Shown here: in pieces, positions 12,811 to 27,809 of the stretch
How positions within the stretch are numbered: the stretch's first letter is position 1
How the letters are laid out: every line of letters begins with the position of its first letter
DNA from: the human T2T-CHM13v2.0 reference genome, Homo sapiens
Strand: one strand, 5' to 3'
DNA: 64,000 bases
NCBI RefSeq assembly: GCF_009914755.1
Contig: NC_060925.1
Notes under the pieces: generated by a model
What the model was told of the DNA's origin: nothing
The model's input: only the letters and a program-made list of their open reading frames with translations
Database searches by the model: none
Made by a program: the position numbers and the translations under genes

Positions 12811-14425
12811 CTGCTACCTATCTCACCCTAACTTGGAACACCCAACATATTTGGATTCACAACCTGTACCTAAATTGCACTTCTGCTATAATTGTTCAAT
12901 GGCAACAACATGTTTGGTGGATAAAACAGCACTGGCCAACTAAGGTAAAAATGAGAATGGTTATAATCTCATTTTTTTCCTTTCCCAACAAAAACATTCT
13001 TTTCCCATATACCACATATTATTTTGTTTTGTTTTTGAGACAGGGTCTTGCTCTGTTGCCCAGGCTGGAGTGCAGTGGTGTGATCATGGCTCACGGCAGC
13101 CTCGACCTCCCAGGCTCAAGTGATCCTACCACCTCAGCTTCCCGAGTAGCTGAGGCTACAGGCATGGGCCAACACCCCCAGCTAATTTTTTTTTTTTTTT
13201 TTTAGAGATGAGGTCTTATTATGTCGCCTGGGCTCCATATATTATTTTGAATAGGGGTAGAAATTAGAGGTCATGTTTCCATGATTTCAGGATTCCAAAT
13301 CTAACAGGGACAGTACTAGTCTCCCTGAATGTGTTTACAATCTAGAACTGAAATTGGATTCCAAGTATTATTATTTAATATGGTCCATCAACTGCCCATT
13401 GGGAGAATGTAGGTATTGTTAAAATAATCCCTGTTCCTGCTAACTGTACTATGTAATAGGTCTGGTGACTACATATATGGGGTGCTGTATTAGTGTGTTC
13501 TCATGTTGCTAATAAAGACATACCCAAGACTGGGTAATTTATAAAGAAAAAGTGGTTTAATGGACTCACAGTTCCACATGGCTGGGGCGACCTCATAATC
13601 ATGGCGGAAGACAAAGGAAGAGCAAAGTGATGTCTGACATGGTGGCAGGCAAGAGGGCTTGTGCAGGGGAACTCCCATTCATAAAACCATCAGATCTCAT
13701 GAGACTTATTCACTATCACAAGAACAGTATGGGGGAAACCTACCCCTGTGATTCAATTACCTCTCACCAGCTCCATCTCAGGACCTGTGAGGATTATGGG
13801 AATTACAATTCAGGATGAGATTTGGGAGGGGACACAGCCAAACCATATCCGGTGCTAAAGCTGTAGAGTGCAGCAAATTAGGCTACACACCCTGGTAGTA
13901 ATTTTCCAGGAAGAAGAGGATTTTTTTCCATAAATGCACACCTTGTGCTTCTGTATCCAAAATGGTTGGCCATGTTTTAGAGGCTTTTGCTTCCATTTGT
14001 ATTAGCATGGTCAATAAACCTTGCTGAGTTTGGATGTATGCTCTCTCATCGCTAGGTTTTGGTATGGTCCCTCATTAGTTGAGCAGTTTGACTTATCCAC
14101 TTAGCAACAGTGTCATTATCTTTCCATGCAGCTTCCTGATCCTTACTTTCCTCATGAAAGAGTATTTCTTCTAATCTATTTTGATTGGTAAGTATCAACT
14201 TTTCTTGTGAATGTCTTTTTTCATAAAATACATTTTTATCTTGTCCTAATATCACAAGTTATTCCCCTGTTGCACCTAAGTTTCTTTTTACCTTAGTTGG
14301 CTAGTGCTGTTTTATCCACCAAACATGTTGTTGCCATTGAACAATTATAGCAGAAGTGCAATTTAGGTACAGATTGTGAAACCAAATATGTTTGGTGTTC
14401 CAAGTTAGGGTGAGATATGTAGCAG
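12811..14425. repeat. 141-bp inverted repeat pair (12811-12951 and 14285-14425)
   Basis: Manual reverse-complement alignment gives 5 mismatches and no gaps over 141 bp. Confidence 0.95.
13486..13850 (-). mobile_element. THE1 (ERVL-MaLR) solo LTR
   Basis: TGTATTAGT...GCTAATAAAGACATACCC...CCAAACCATATC; 5-bp TSD GGTGC (13481-13485, 13851-13855). Confidence 0.92.
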
Positions 14426-14552
14426 TTACCCCTAGATATAGTTTAGTTTGGGTATACCATAAGGCTTTTCACATTCTCCCTGGTTGAATTCCCAAATTAT
14501 CCTCCGGCGGTATTCTTATCCACTAACTGGATGAGGATACCACTGGAGAATA

Positions 14553-14909
14553 CCATTTCCACACTGCTATAAAGAATACCTGAGATGGGGTAACTTATAA
14601 AGAAAAGAGGTTTAATTGACTCATGGTTCCACATGACTGCGGAGGCCTCAGGAAACTTACAATCATGACAGAAGCCAAAGGGAAAGCAAGGCACATCTTA
14701 CATAGTGGTAGGAGAGAGAGAGAGAGAAAGAGTGAGGAAGTGCCACACTTAAACCCATTAGCAATCTTGAGAACTCCCTCACTATCATGAGAACAGCATG
14801 GGGAAACCACCCCCATGATCCAATCACCTCCCATCAGGTCTCTCCCTCCACAGGTGGGGATTACAATTCAAGATGAGATTTGGGTAGGGACACAGGCCAA
14901 ACCATATCA
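14553..14909 (-). mobile_element. MST/THE1D-type MaLR LTR
   Basis: ACTGCTATAAAGAATACCTGAG...GGAGGCCTCAGGAAACTTACAATCATG...CCAAACCATATCA. Confidence 0.85.
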
Positions 14910-15559
14910 CCGAGTAATTCCCATTGTATGATTCCAAGTTTCATTAGAATGTTTCATAGACCTACAGCCACAAAAACAAAGCCTCTGACCTCTAGGGCAA
15001 GAGACACTGTGGCAAGGCACAAAAGCTGCAACTGTTTTCAATTATCTCAAGGACTTCAGGTAGTAATTGATCATCTAGATTCACAGTCATGCAGTGAGCT
15101 ATTAGTAAAGTATTAAAAACTGCCCAACCAGGCATCGAATTGAGAAGAATTTTCTGGATGTATTTCTTTAAATAAGGTCCCTAATAGTATATTATGCCTG
15201 AAAAGAAGGTGCCATAGGCTATAGGAACATCGAACTGATTCTAAGAAGTCAACATCAGAGTTCCAATATCCTCCTGATATTGAAAAAGGTTTGTTCTACT
15301 TCCATATAAATTAGATGAGTGATTTCCCAATAAGAGAAATGGGGATCAAACAAAGGAGAGGATGTTACTAGATACTCATTATCGTGACAGGAAAATGCAA
15401 AAACAAAAGGTATATGCAGAAGAAAATCATCATGAATACACACCTGGTCTGGTATCTTGGGAAATGCTGTCTACTCAGATGTCTCCTTCCCACCTTCAGA
15501 GGAGTCAGAAATCTTAGAGATCTTTAATTGGAGGTCTCTGGTGGACTTAGAAGTCCATT

Positions 15560-18500
15560 TAGGTGTTGGAGCTTTTCTTAACTTAGAAATGTGAATCCAG
15601 GAGTCAACTCCTTCAAGTTTAGCTTCACAGTGATTAGTCAACAATACCTGATAAACTCCTTTCCAATGAGGTTGAAGCGAGACTTTTAGTTGATGTCTTT
15701 TTCAATCAACAGAGTCACCTGGCTAGAGATCTTGGTATTTGAGATCTTCATCTTCTGGGAGCACAGTGTTAAAATCAGTTTTATTGATTTTTTTTTGAAA
15801 AGACGTTTAGTTAAGCCTTGACAATAATGGAGTATATCTCCTTTCAGTAAAGTTGGTTTATATAAACCACCATCCAATTTCATAGGTCACCCTGTAATTA
15901 TCTTATGAGATAATTGATGTTTTCTGAAAGGAGTTGCTCTTAGGTTGAGTGAAACCAATGGAAGAGCCTTGGGCCACATAATAGGAAAAGCTTTCATTAA
16001 TTTTTCCAGCTGGGTTATTATTATTTCATTTCTCCATTCCACCAATTCAGAAGACTGTGGATGGTAAGCAAAACGAAAATGTTGGAAAATGAGCCAGATT
16101 TTACAAATGGAGTGGATAATCTCTCCAGTAAAATGAGTCCCCTATTGCGATGTAATTTGGAAGGAATTCCCCAAGAGGGAATTACCCACAGCAACACATA
16201 TTATTCTACTGTTTGTGCCATGACTCTTCTGCAAGGAAATGCTTCAGTCTGATGAGTGAACATATAAATCATAACCAGCACGTATTTATAACCCTGGGCT
16301 GGAGGTAATTGGATAAAATTCATTTGCCATATATTGAAAGGTCCAGTGGGCAAAGGGAAATGCCCTTGAAATCTGTGAAGACACTTTCCTGGATTAGGTT
16401 TAGGACAAATTGGACATTTAGCATAAAGTCTATGTGCTATTGTGGGTGAGGATTCCCAATAATAATTGTTTTCCCTGGGCAATCATTTTTTCAGGCCCCC
16501 AGTGAGTGAGCTCATAGACATGTTGTGACATAGAAAATTGAAATCCCAAAGGCAAAACTAGTCTGTCTTTGGGTCCATACCATAATTTGCAAGTGGAGAA
16601 AAAGCACCGCCATTTTTGTTAGCTATATCTGCTTTCCCCTCTCTGAAGGCTTTTCTTGAGCCTCTTGGAGTTCCTTTTCAATGGAGTGCATTTTAAATAT
16701 AGCCACCTCTCTAGTTTTATTTGATATCAGTGTTAATGCAGACTTTTTTGCTGTTGAATCAGCAAAATGATTTCCTTTACTCTCTGGAGAGTGAAGTTGG
16801 AAATGTCCAGGGCTATTATAAATGGGCTTGATAATAGTCCATTATTTTTGTTGTTGTTGTTAATTGGATGGCTTCTAAATGATCAGAGACTTGAGAGCCA
16901 CGATAATAGGGCGTCTGGAGGAGGTTGCTATTTCCACAACATTTCAAAATCATGAGCTACACCCAAAGCAGAATAGCTGTCAACGTAAACATTAGCCATT
17001 TGATTTTTGGCCACTTGACAAGCTCTGGCGAACCCTATTAACTCAGCTAACTGTGCTGATTCTACTGTAGGCAAGGGATTGCTCTCTATAATGTCCACAA
17101 GAGACACAATGGCCTAGCCTGCTCATTATTTTCCAAATTCATCCTTTAGATACGATCCGTCTGTGAACCAGATAACATCAGCATTTTACAGCAGTGTCTC
17201 CTGTAAATCCTGTCTGGGCATCAAAAGCTATTCTGTTAGTAAAATACAGTCATGACGTATTTCATCAGTTGTTTCAGGAAGTAATGTTGTGGGATTAAGA
17301 GAATTACAGTAAGGGAGGATAATATGTGTAGCAGAGAGTAAAAGTACTTTATAAGAAGCTAATCTGTTAACAGAAAAGTGTTGCATGTATTGTGAATTTA
17401 AAAGAGTTTCTGCAGAATGAGGTACATATACAGTCAAAGGAGCCTGCATTACTGTTGCCTGAGTGGCCTTAAGGAGCTTGCGGCTACGGAAATAGACCTC
17501 AGACAAGGGGGCAGCACATGCGCTATGGTGTGTCACTGCTGACTATAATGGTCAATAGGTCTATCTTGTCAGATAGACAAGATAGAATATCTTGTGTTTT
17601 TGGGTCAGAATACCCAGGGTACTATCATGTTTTTTATAAACAAAAGGGAAAAATGACAGCTGATAATTTAGATGGCCCAAAGCAGGGGCCCTTCTAAAAT
17701 CTTCCTTTATTTCTTGAATTGGTATGTGTCCTTCTGATGTCCACTGTATAGAATCAAGTTGATCTTCTTTTAACAATGTATATAAAGGCTGTGCCATGAG
17801 AGAAAAATTGGTGATCCACCTACAGCAGTAACCAGTTAAGTTTAAGAATCCCGGAGCTACTTTTTAGCTTTTGGAGTGAGGTATGCAAGAATTCCAGTAA
17901 CTCGATCCAGATTTATATGTTGTCCCTCTTTAGAAATTAAATGTCCCAAATGTTTTACTTCCATTAAGCAAAATAAGAGTTTTTCTGTACACACTTTGTG
18001 TTCTCTGTTTGCTAATTGTTCTAGCAAGTAAAGGGAGTTGTTTTTACAGTCATGCAGACTAAAGGAGCAAAACAAGAGATTATCCACATACTGAAGTAGA
18101 GTGGAATTTCCTTAAACATTTAGCTCATCCAGGCCAGCCCTTAACATTTGTGGAAAATAAGTTGGGCTTTCAGTATGACCTTGAGTCATAACAGTCCAGA
18201 TGGACTGGTGTCCCAGGTAAAGGCAAACAAGTATTGACTGTCAGGATCAACTGATATTTTAAAAAGCACTGCATAAATCAATTGCAGTGAAATATTTACT
18301 GCTTACATGTATATTAGATAAAAGAGTGTGGGGGTTTGGAATTACTGGGTAACAAGGAATGACAATATTTTTAATGGCTCTCAAATCTTGTATGAATCTC
18401 CATCCTTTCCCATTAGGTTTTTGTACTAGAAGGATGGGAGTATTACAAGGACTGGTGCAAGGAATAATCATTTTTTTAATCAATGAAATCTTCGATTATT

Positions 18501-19230
18501 TGTTTTATTCCTATTATGGCTTCCTGTTTTAATGAATATGATTTAATATTGGGAAGTGGCTTATTTGAATCCATCTGTATCCATATTGGAGTGGCTATTA
18601 AATTTTTCCCTATGTCAGTAGACAACTGGGACCATAAACAACCAGGGATTTGGCATAATAAAGCATCAAGTTCTTTTTTGTCTTACTACTTTATGAATTT
18701 TGATGATCATTTGATCTATCATTTGATCTAAACTTCCTGATTTATCATATTCAGTCAATGCTCTTTCAGCCATTTTCTTTTTCTTTTTTTTTTTTTTTTT
18801 TTGACACGGAGTCTCGCTCTGTCGCCCAGGCTGGAGTGCAGTGGCATAATCTCGGCTCACTGCAAGCTCCGCTACAGCCATTTTCAAAAACATTTCTCCT
18901 CTCTTTGAAAAGGAAATATGAACATTATAAAGCTCCAGAAAATCTCTTCCTATAAGATGTACTGGTGCAAAGGGCACCAAAAGAAAAGAATGTCCATCTA
19001 AATGACCTAATTGGAAAGGGAAAAGTTTTTATTTGTATATAGTCATTGGTTGATTATCTAATCAACCCTATCATTTGAACAATTTGATTACTTCAAGGAA
19101 GAGGGCTCTTTAAAAAGATAGGGTTGAGAACAGAAAGGATAGATCCTGTGTCAACTAATGCCTTCGTTTTTTCTCCATTTATATATAGTTCCACTTGCCC
19201 CAGAGTGTTGCTTAAAAGACAGGGGAAGGC
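15560..19230 (-). pseudogene. ERV pro-pol remnants (PR, RT, RNase H, IN)
   Basis: ALVDTGS (19141-19161); SPCNTPILLVQKPNGKGWRFIQDLRAI...FTAIDLCSAF (18259-18483); LQYVDNLL (~18075-18096); WFTDGSY (~17150-17171); CPICPK...WQMNFIQLPP...EAFPCRR (16201-16482); WIHISKL (~15580-15600). Fragmented across frames. Confidence 0.92.
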
Positions 19231-19299
19231 CCTCTTTATCTCCTTAGAGTCTCCCTATTCCTTTTCTCCTTTCTCTTTTTCTTTCTGTTTCTGTACCCA

Positions 19300-20900
19300 T
19301 TTCAACTTTCTGCAATTTTTCTTTAGATGTATTATTTTCTTGCAATAATAATAGACATCTTTAGATGTTTATGGGACTCCCTTTTGAAAGAGAGACTTCT
19401 GTTTAGATCAGATAAATTCACCAGTACATTGTTGATGCTGTAAATTCATGATTTTAGTGGCTTTTTAATCTTCCTTCTGCTGTATAACTCTAGCCAGTTT
19501 ACCAGCAAGATTCTGTAGTTCTGAAGTGTGCACAGAATCCCAATTTATTTGGTGCAATTTGACCATCTTGGCCAATTGCTCATCAAGTCCATGAAAGAAG
19601 ATTGAATTTAATAAAGAATCATTCTGATAGTCCCTTAGACTTTCTTTATTCATTCCCAAATATTATTTAAAATCCCTCTCAGATATTTCAAAATAGTCCA
19701 GCACAGTCGCATTTGCTCTTTGTTTACATTGCTGGTCTTTAGAGGAGGCAGTGGTCTTAGGAAATATCTGGGAAATTACTTGTGCTACACGATTTGCTAT
19801 TTCCCGAGTTCTTTCTTGGTCTTCGGCTTTTTCTTTATGAAAATTGCTTAATGAATCCTTCCAGTCAGCCTTTGATAATGATTCCCTCACTTTTTTTTTT
19901 TTTTTTTTTTTTTTTTCAGATACTAACATGTGAACCAGCTGATACACATCTGAAGAGCCAGGTTCATAAGTTCGTACAATTTAGACTAAACCCTTTAGTG
20001 AAACCTATAGGATCCTGGGTAGGATCTGGAAGTTTCTTAGTAAGAGCTGTTAAGTTCTGCCTTGGTCCAGGAGTATAAGCTACTAAAGGTTCTCCCCTTG
20101 GGTCAGGCTTTTTATTTTAAAAAGATGCTGTCAAAACTTCTGTGGGTGGGCCGGGCGCGGTGGCTCACGCCTGTAATCCCAGCACTTTGGGAGGCCGAGG
20201 CGGGCAGATCATCTGAGGTCAGGAGATGGAGACCATCCTGGCTAACACGGCGAAACCCCGTCTCTACTAAAGATACAAAAAAATTAGCCGGGTGCAGTGG
20301 CGGGCACCTGTAGTCCCAGCTCCTCGGGAGGCTGAGGCAGGAGAATGGCGTGAAGCCGGGAGGCGGAGCTTTCAGTGAGCCGAGATCGCGCCACGGCAGT
20401 CCGGCCTGGGCGAAAGAGCGAGACTCCGTCTCAAAAAAAAAAAAAAAACAAACAAACAAACAAACAAAAACCACAAAACTTCTGTGGGTGGTGGAGAAAG
20501 GAATAAAGGAAGAGCTGGAAGCAAAGGGTACAAGGGTTCTGAGGCAGTAGGAGTGGCAGGTGAAGGATGTGAGACGGTAGAGACTTCAGACTATGTTTCC
20601 AGTCAAGAAACAGTTTCCAAGATCTTGTGGTTCACTTCCTGAGAGGAAGCAATTTTATCATTCCCTCTTTTAGAAGCATCTAAATACCATTTGAAATAAC
20701 TATCTCATGCTTTCTGTTTAATTTTTGAGCTGGCTTATTCCAACTGTGCATATAAATAAACCAATTTCAGAATCCTGAATGAGCCCCGTTTCGGCCAAGT
20801 TAAGCTAATTTCATTTTTAGTGATGTTGGTCTAATGAGTCAGAAGCTTACAAAATAAGGCACCATAACTTTTAATTATAAATCCAACTGGTGTCTTGGAA
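19300..20900 (-). pseudogene. ERV gag remnants
   Basis: PDPTQDPIGF, MYQLVHMLVSE, QQCKQRANATVLDYF (MHR-like) and LNSIFFHGL fragments upstream of pro; disrupted by an Alu and a poly-T insert. Confidence 0.75.
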
Positions 20901-21091
20901 GGTGGTGACCCTGTCAACTTTAGATGTCTTGTTTTCCTTGTTTCTCCCCACTTCTCCCTTGTCTGCACCAAACTAAGGTTGTATTATTCAGGGTCAAAAG
21001 TGTGCTGCGGGCTGGGGTGCAGTGGTTCATGCCTGTAATCCCAGCACATCGTGAGGCTGAGTCGGGAGAATTGGTTGAGCCCAGGAGTTCA

Positions 21092-21451
<360 letters not shown>

Positions 21452-22232
21452 CTAGAGGAACTATTGCAATTTGAGTGTTGATGGTGACGCCCTTTGGGAT
21501 TGCTGCGAGTCATGAGGAATCTCCTCCAACACCTCCACAAGGTTCTTAGTCACCTAAGAATACCTGAGATTTGGGCTGGAGAGAGCAATTCTATCTCAAT
21601 TACCCTAATATAGAAGGTAAAGGGTTGCTGCAGACAAAAAAGCCTTTTTGTCGCACAGGCTGGAGTGCAGTGGCGCGATTTCGGCTCACTGCAAGCTCCG
21701 CCTCCTGGGTTCACGCCATTCTCCTGCCTCAGCCTCCCACGCCCAGCTAATTTTTTGTATTTTTAGTAGAGATGGGGTTTCACCGTGTTAGCCAGGATGG
21801 TCTGGATCTCGTGATCTGGTGATCCGCCCGCCTCAGCCTCCAAAGTGCTGTACAGGCGTGAGCCACCACGCCGGGCCCAAAAAGCTTTTAAAAAGAAAAA
21901 CACTCAGCTGATGAAAGAAACCACCGCTCTAACCATGACAATGCTTGGTTGACCTTTTCCTTCCTTTCTAGCAGTTGAGAACAACAAGCAATAACAACCA
22001 TACGAAGAATCTAGCAAACTCAGACTTTACTTCTCCTTTTCGTGGTCCTGGAAACAGCTCAGAATAAAGTGGATCTGGACCTCTACAGAAGAGAGGGAGC
22101 TCCAGATTCCAGGTAACTCACGCCGTTGCACTCAGTGGCTCCTCCGGAGTCCATTTGAACACAATGAGTTCGTGCTGATACCAAGCACCAAGTGCCAAGA
22201 ATGAGTTCTGGGTGTCTGCGGATCCTGCTGGA

Positions 22233-22250
22233 ATTCTGCCGAGTATGCTA
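22233..22250 (-). other. Primer binding site, tRNA-Ser type (degenerate)
   Basis: Minus strand TAGCATACTCGGCAGAAT vs TGGCGTAGTCGGCAGGAT (complement of the tRNA-Ser 3' end), 14/18, 2 nt from the LTR. Confidence 0.75.
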
Positions 22251-22252
22251 TC

Positions 22253-23128
<876 letters not shown>

Positions 23129-23334
23129 GACAGATTTTGCATGATCTTATATGTGGAACCTGAACGAAGTTGAACTCATAGAAGCAAGAGTAGAATGGTG
23201 GGGAGTAGGGGAAATGGGGAGATATTGGTCAAAGGGCACAATCTTTCAGCTGCACAAGATAAGCCATAAAGAGCTAATGTACAACACAGCAACTACGATT
23301 AACAATATCATATTGTACTCTTGAAATTTGTTAA

Positions 23335-23676
<342 letters not shown>

Positions 23677-24643
23677 TGAAGTATGCTTGCGGCCCACACC
23701 ACTGCGCAATTCTTCAAGACTATGTTGTATATTCTTCACTTACATAGAAGACATCTCAGTTTCCAGGACCAGTTCAGGATGTAAAAGTGTGAGTCACTTA
23801 CCAGTGGCACAGGTCAGAGTATCTCCTTCAAATCCTGGTAACCCAAGAAGAAAAGGGGTCCTCATCCAGGCAAGCTGATTTTCCTAGCATGGTCCCAATT
23901 GATAGTGATACTGTGAAGAGACACATTTTGTGCTGTTTTGCTGGCAGTGATACTATACCTACAAAAAGAAGCTCGGTAGTTGTTGTGGTTGTCCGCTGGT
24001 ATAGCAGCTTTTGTGCAGGGGGAATGATGGGATGAGCTGTCAAGAACATCTGGTGTATAAGGATCCGGTGTTTTCCATGGGTGATGCAAATGGCCTTGGG
24101 AACTGGTGATTTAGCTGTTGGACTATCTGAAAAGGTAGGCTTCACCTGTGAAGACTTTACAGGTGCTTGTTGGGATTAGTTTTAGGAGGCCGGTGTCCTG
24201 GTGGTCAAGCTGCTAGATGTTAGGACTCCTGCTGGGATCTCAGAAGTTGTTATCCTATGACCAATTTTATATAAACCTTGGAGGATCGCTCCTTCTTTCT
24301 TACCTCACACTCAGCTGCCTCACCCAGCTAGCCCTCAGCTCAGCAGCCCTACCCCGACCATTGCAAGGCCACTCTGCCCCACTCCCCTGCCTGATTTCAC
24401 GGTATTTTACAAAAGTATTAGCTGAGACAGATGGAAATTATTTCATTTTTTTAAGAAGTCATTATAGAAAAGGAAAGTGAAGCACTGACGGGTTAAATCA
24501 CTTGCCCAAGTTCAGGAAGACAGTAATGCTGTCGTTCACCTAACCTCTGATTTAACAAATGTTTATGAAGAGACTTGTATGCCAGACACCAAGCTCCATG
24601 CAGGAACTACTGTGTAAAAAGAAAAAATTATATGGATGTATAA

Positions 24644-24799
<156 letters not shown>

Positions 24800-24818
24800 T
24801 GACACCACTCCTAGCTAA

Positions 24819-25013
<195 letters not shown>

Positions 25014-25264
25014 TAGAACCTTGAGGCCATTATGCTAAGTGAAATATGTCAGACAGAGAAAGACAAGTACTATATAATCTCACTTCTATGTGAGAAACAT
25101 ACAGTGATTCTCACATTATCTGTGGAATCTACATTCTATACCTTAAATTTATATAATTCTATTTGTCATGTATACCTCAATAAAGTTGGGAAAATTATGT
25201 ACAATTAAATGACTTTTAGTATCTTCACAGAGTTGTGCAATCATCACCACACTCTAATGTTTGA

Positions 25265-25657
<393 letters not shown>

Positions 25658-26639
25658 TAAGAAATCATATCAGCCAGGCATGGTGGCTCACGCCTGTAAT
25701 CCCAGCACTTCGGGAAGCCGAGGCAGGTAGATCACATGGTCAGGAGATCGAGACCGTCCTGGACAACATGGTGAAACCCCGTCTCTACTAAAAATACAAA
25801 AGTGAGTTGGATGTGATGGTGTGTGCCTGTAATCCCAGCTACTCAGGAGGCTGAGGCAGGAGAATCGCTTGAACCAGGGAGTCAGAGGTTGCAGTGAGCC
25901 GAGATTGAGCCATTGCACTCCTGCCTGGAGGCAGAGTGAGACTCCATCTCCAATAAATAAATAAATAAATAAGAAGCCATATCTAAGAAACCCCTGCCTA
26001 ACCCAAAGTCATAATGACATACTCTTGTGCTGTCTTCTAAGAGTTTTATGCTTTTAGCTCTTACATTTAGGTCTTGGTTCATTTTGAGTTATCTTTTGCA
26101 TACGGTGTGAGGTAGGAGTCCAGATTCATTCTTTCACATGTGGAAACCCAGTTGTCCCAGCAATAAACAGTTATTCCTGAAGTATTTATTCAACATTCAT
26201 TCAGATGGAGGTATGTAGAGGGAGGGTAGATGGCTGGGCCTGTGCTAACAGCACTGGACCTCTCTTTTCTGTCCTCAGCAAGGTTTCTCTGCCCAGACAT
26301 GCAGGATTTCTTCAGCAAAGCAAAAGCCCTGCAGATTACCAGATCCATCCTCTCCTAAAGCCAGAGGGACCATGAGACATTAGTACCTGAGCATCACCTC
26401 TCTCCAAGTGATTTATCAAAGCTTTATTTCCAATCACATACTGAGTTTTGATAAAACAGTTTTATTCTTTGGTTTTCTTCTTCTCCTTTTATTTCCTGTG
26501 TGTTTTGAGGCCTCAGCAGTTGAGCTGGTTCACCTTGGAATCTGACTCTGACAAGCAAAAGGAAGCAGAGTCTGATCATCTTTCCAGGTAATACAAGAGT
26601 GTTCCTGCAAAGTGAGCCTCTGAAGCTTTGGAGGGGAAG

Positions 26640-27056
26640 TGTATTAGTCTGTTTTGCGTTGCTACAAAGGAATACCTGAGACTGGGTGATTTATAAAGAG
26701 AAGAGGTTTATTTGACCTATGGTTCTGCAAGCTGTACAAGAAGCATGGTGCCAACATCTGCTTCTGGTGAGGACTCAGGAAGCTTCCACTCATGGCTGAA
26801 GGCAAAGGGGAAGCCGGCATCACATGGCAAGAGAGGGAGCAAGACAGAGGAGGGGGTGCTTCAGGCTCCTCTAAACAACCAGATCTCGTATGGACTCACA
26901 GAGTGAGAACTCACTCATTACTTCAAGGACAGCACCATGACATTCATGAGGGGTGCGCCCACATGACCCAAACACCTCCCACTAGGCCCCACCTCCAACA
27001 TTGGAGGTCACATTTCAACATGAGATTTGGAGGTGGCAAAACATGCAAACCATACA
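26640..27056 (-). mobile_element. MSTB-type MaLR solo LTR
   Basis: TGTATTAGTCTGTTTTGCGTTGCTACAAAGGAATACCTGAGACTGGG...CAAACCATACA; imperfect 5-bp TSD GGAAG/GGGAG. Confidence 0.88.
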
Positions 27057-27809
27057 GGGAGGGAGGAGCAGGGTGGTGGATACAGCTGCACAGACTGGGA
27101 AATGGGCCAGAAGCAGCTTTCCGGCTTGTGTAGGTGCTAGGAAAGACAGGCTGGTAAGACACAGAATGCCTTTCGGTCTCCAAGCGTCCAGCATGGTCTA
27201 GATCAGATCTGCATATAAGGTCATCTTATCAGAAGGGTTCTTTGAGTTCTGGAAACCACACTCTGCCCCTCCACTTTCACATCTGGAATATCAGGACAAT
27301 ATTTGACATGTAGCATACATCGGTTTTGGAGCCTAGGAAATTCCCACCTACCTTCTTCCACCCACTACACTCCTTTCTGTTCCTCCTGATGCTAGGCTTG
27401 TTCCCGCCTCCGAGCCTTCACACTGCTAGCCGTTACCTATGCCTGGAATGCTCTCCCCTGGTGTCTAATCTGCCTGATGCTTCCTCATCCTTCAGGACTG
27501 AGTTAAATGTCCCCACCTCAGAGAAGCCTTCGCTGACTGCCTTTGCTCCTCCTGGGCCTGGTTGCCCCTAGACCCACTCTCTGCCCCCCAACACTTAGTT
27601 CTATCCTGCAGGAGCACTGGCTTCCAGCAGAGAGCAGCTGCTGGGGACCACTGACAGGAGACTGGGAAGACAAGGAAAAAGCCCTCTCCTCTCTGTCCCA
27701 GGTGGCTTCTTAGGTAGCGGCTATGTCTTCATGGTTCCAGCTTCTGCAGAGTGGCGTCCGAACCTGGCTTGGGAAATACCGCTTTTCCTTTTGCCCCTCC
27801 GGTCCAGGC

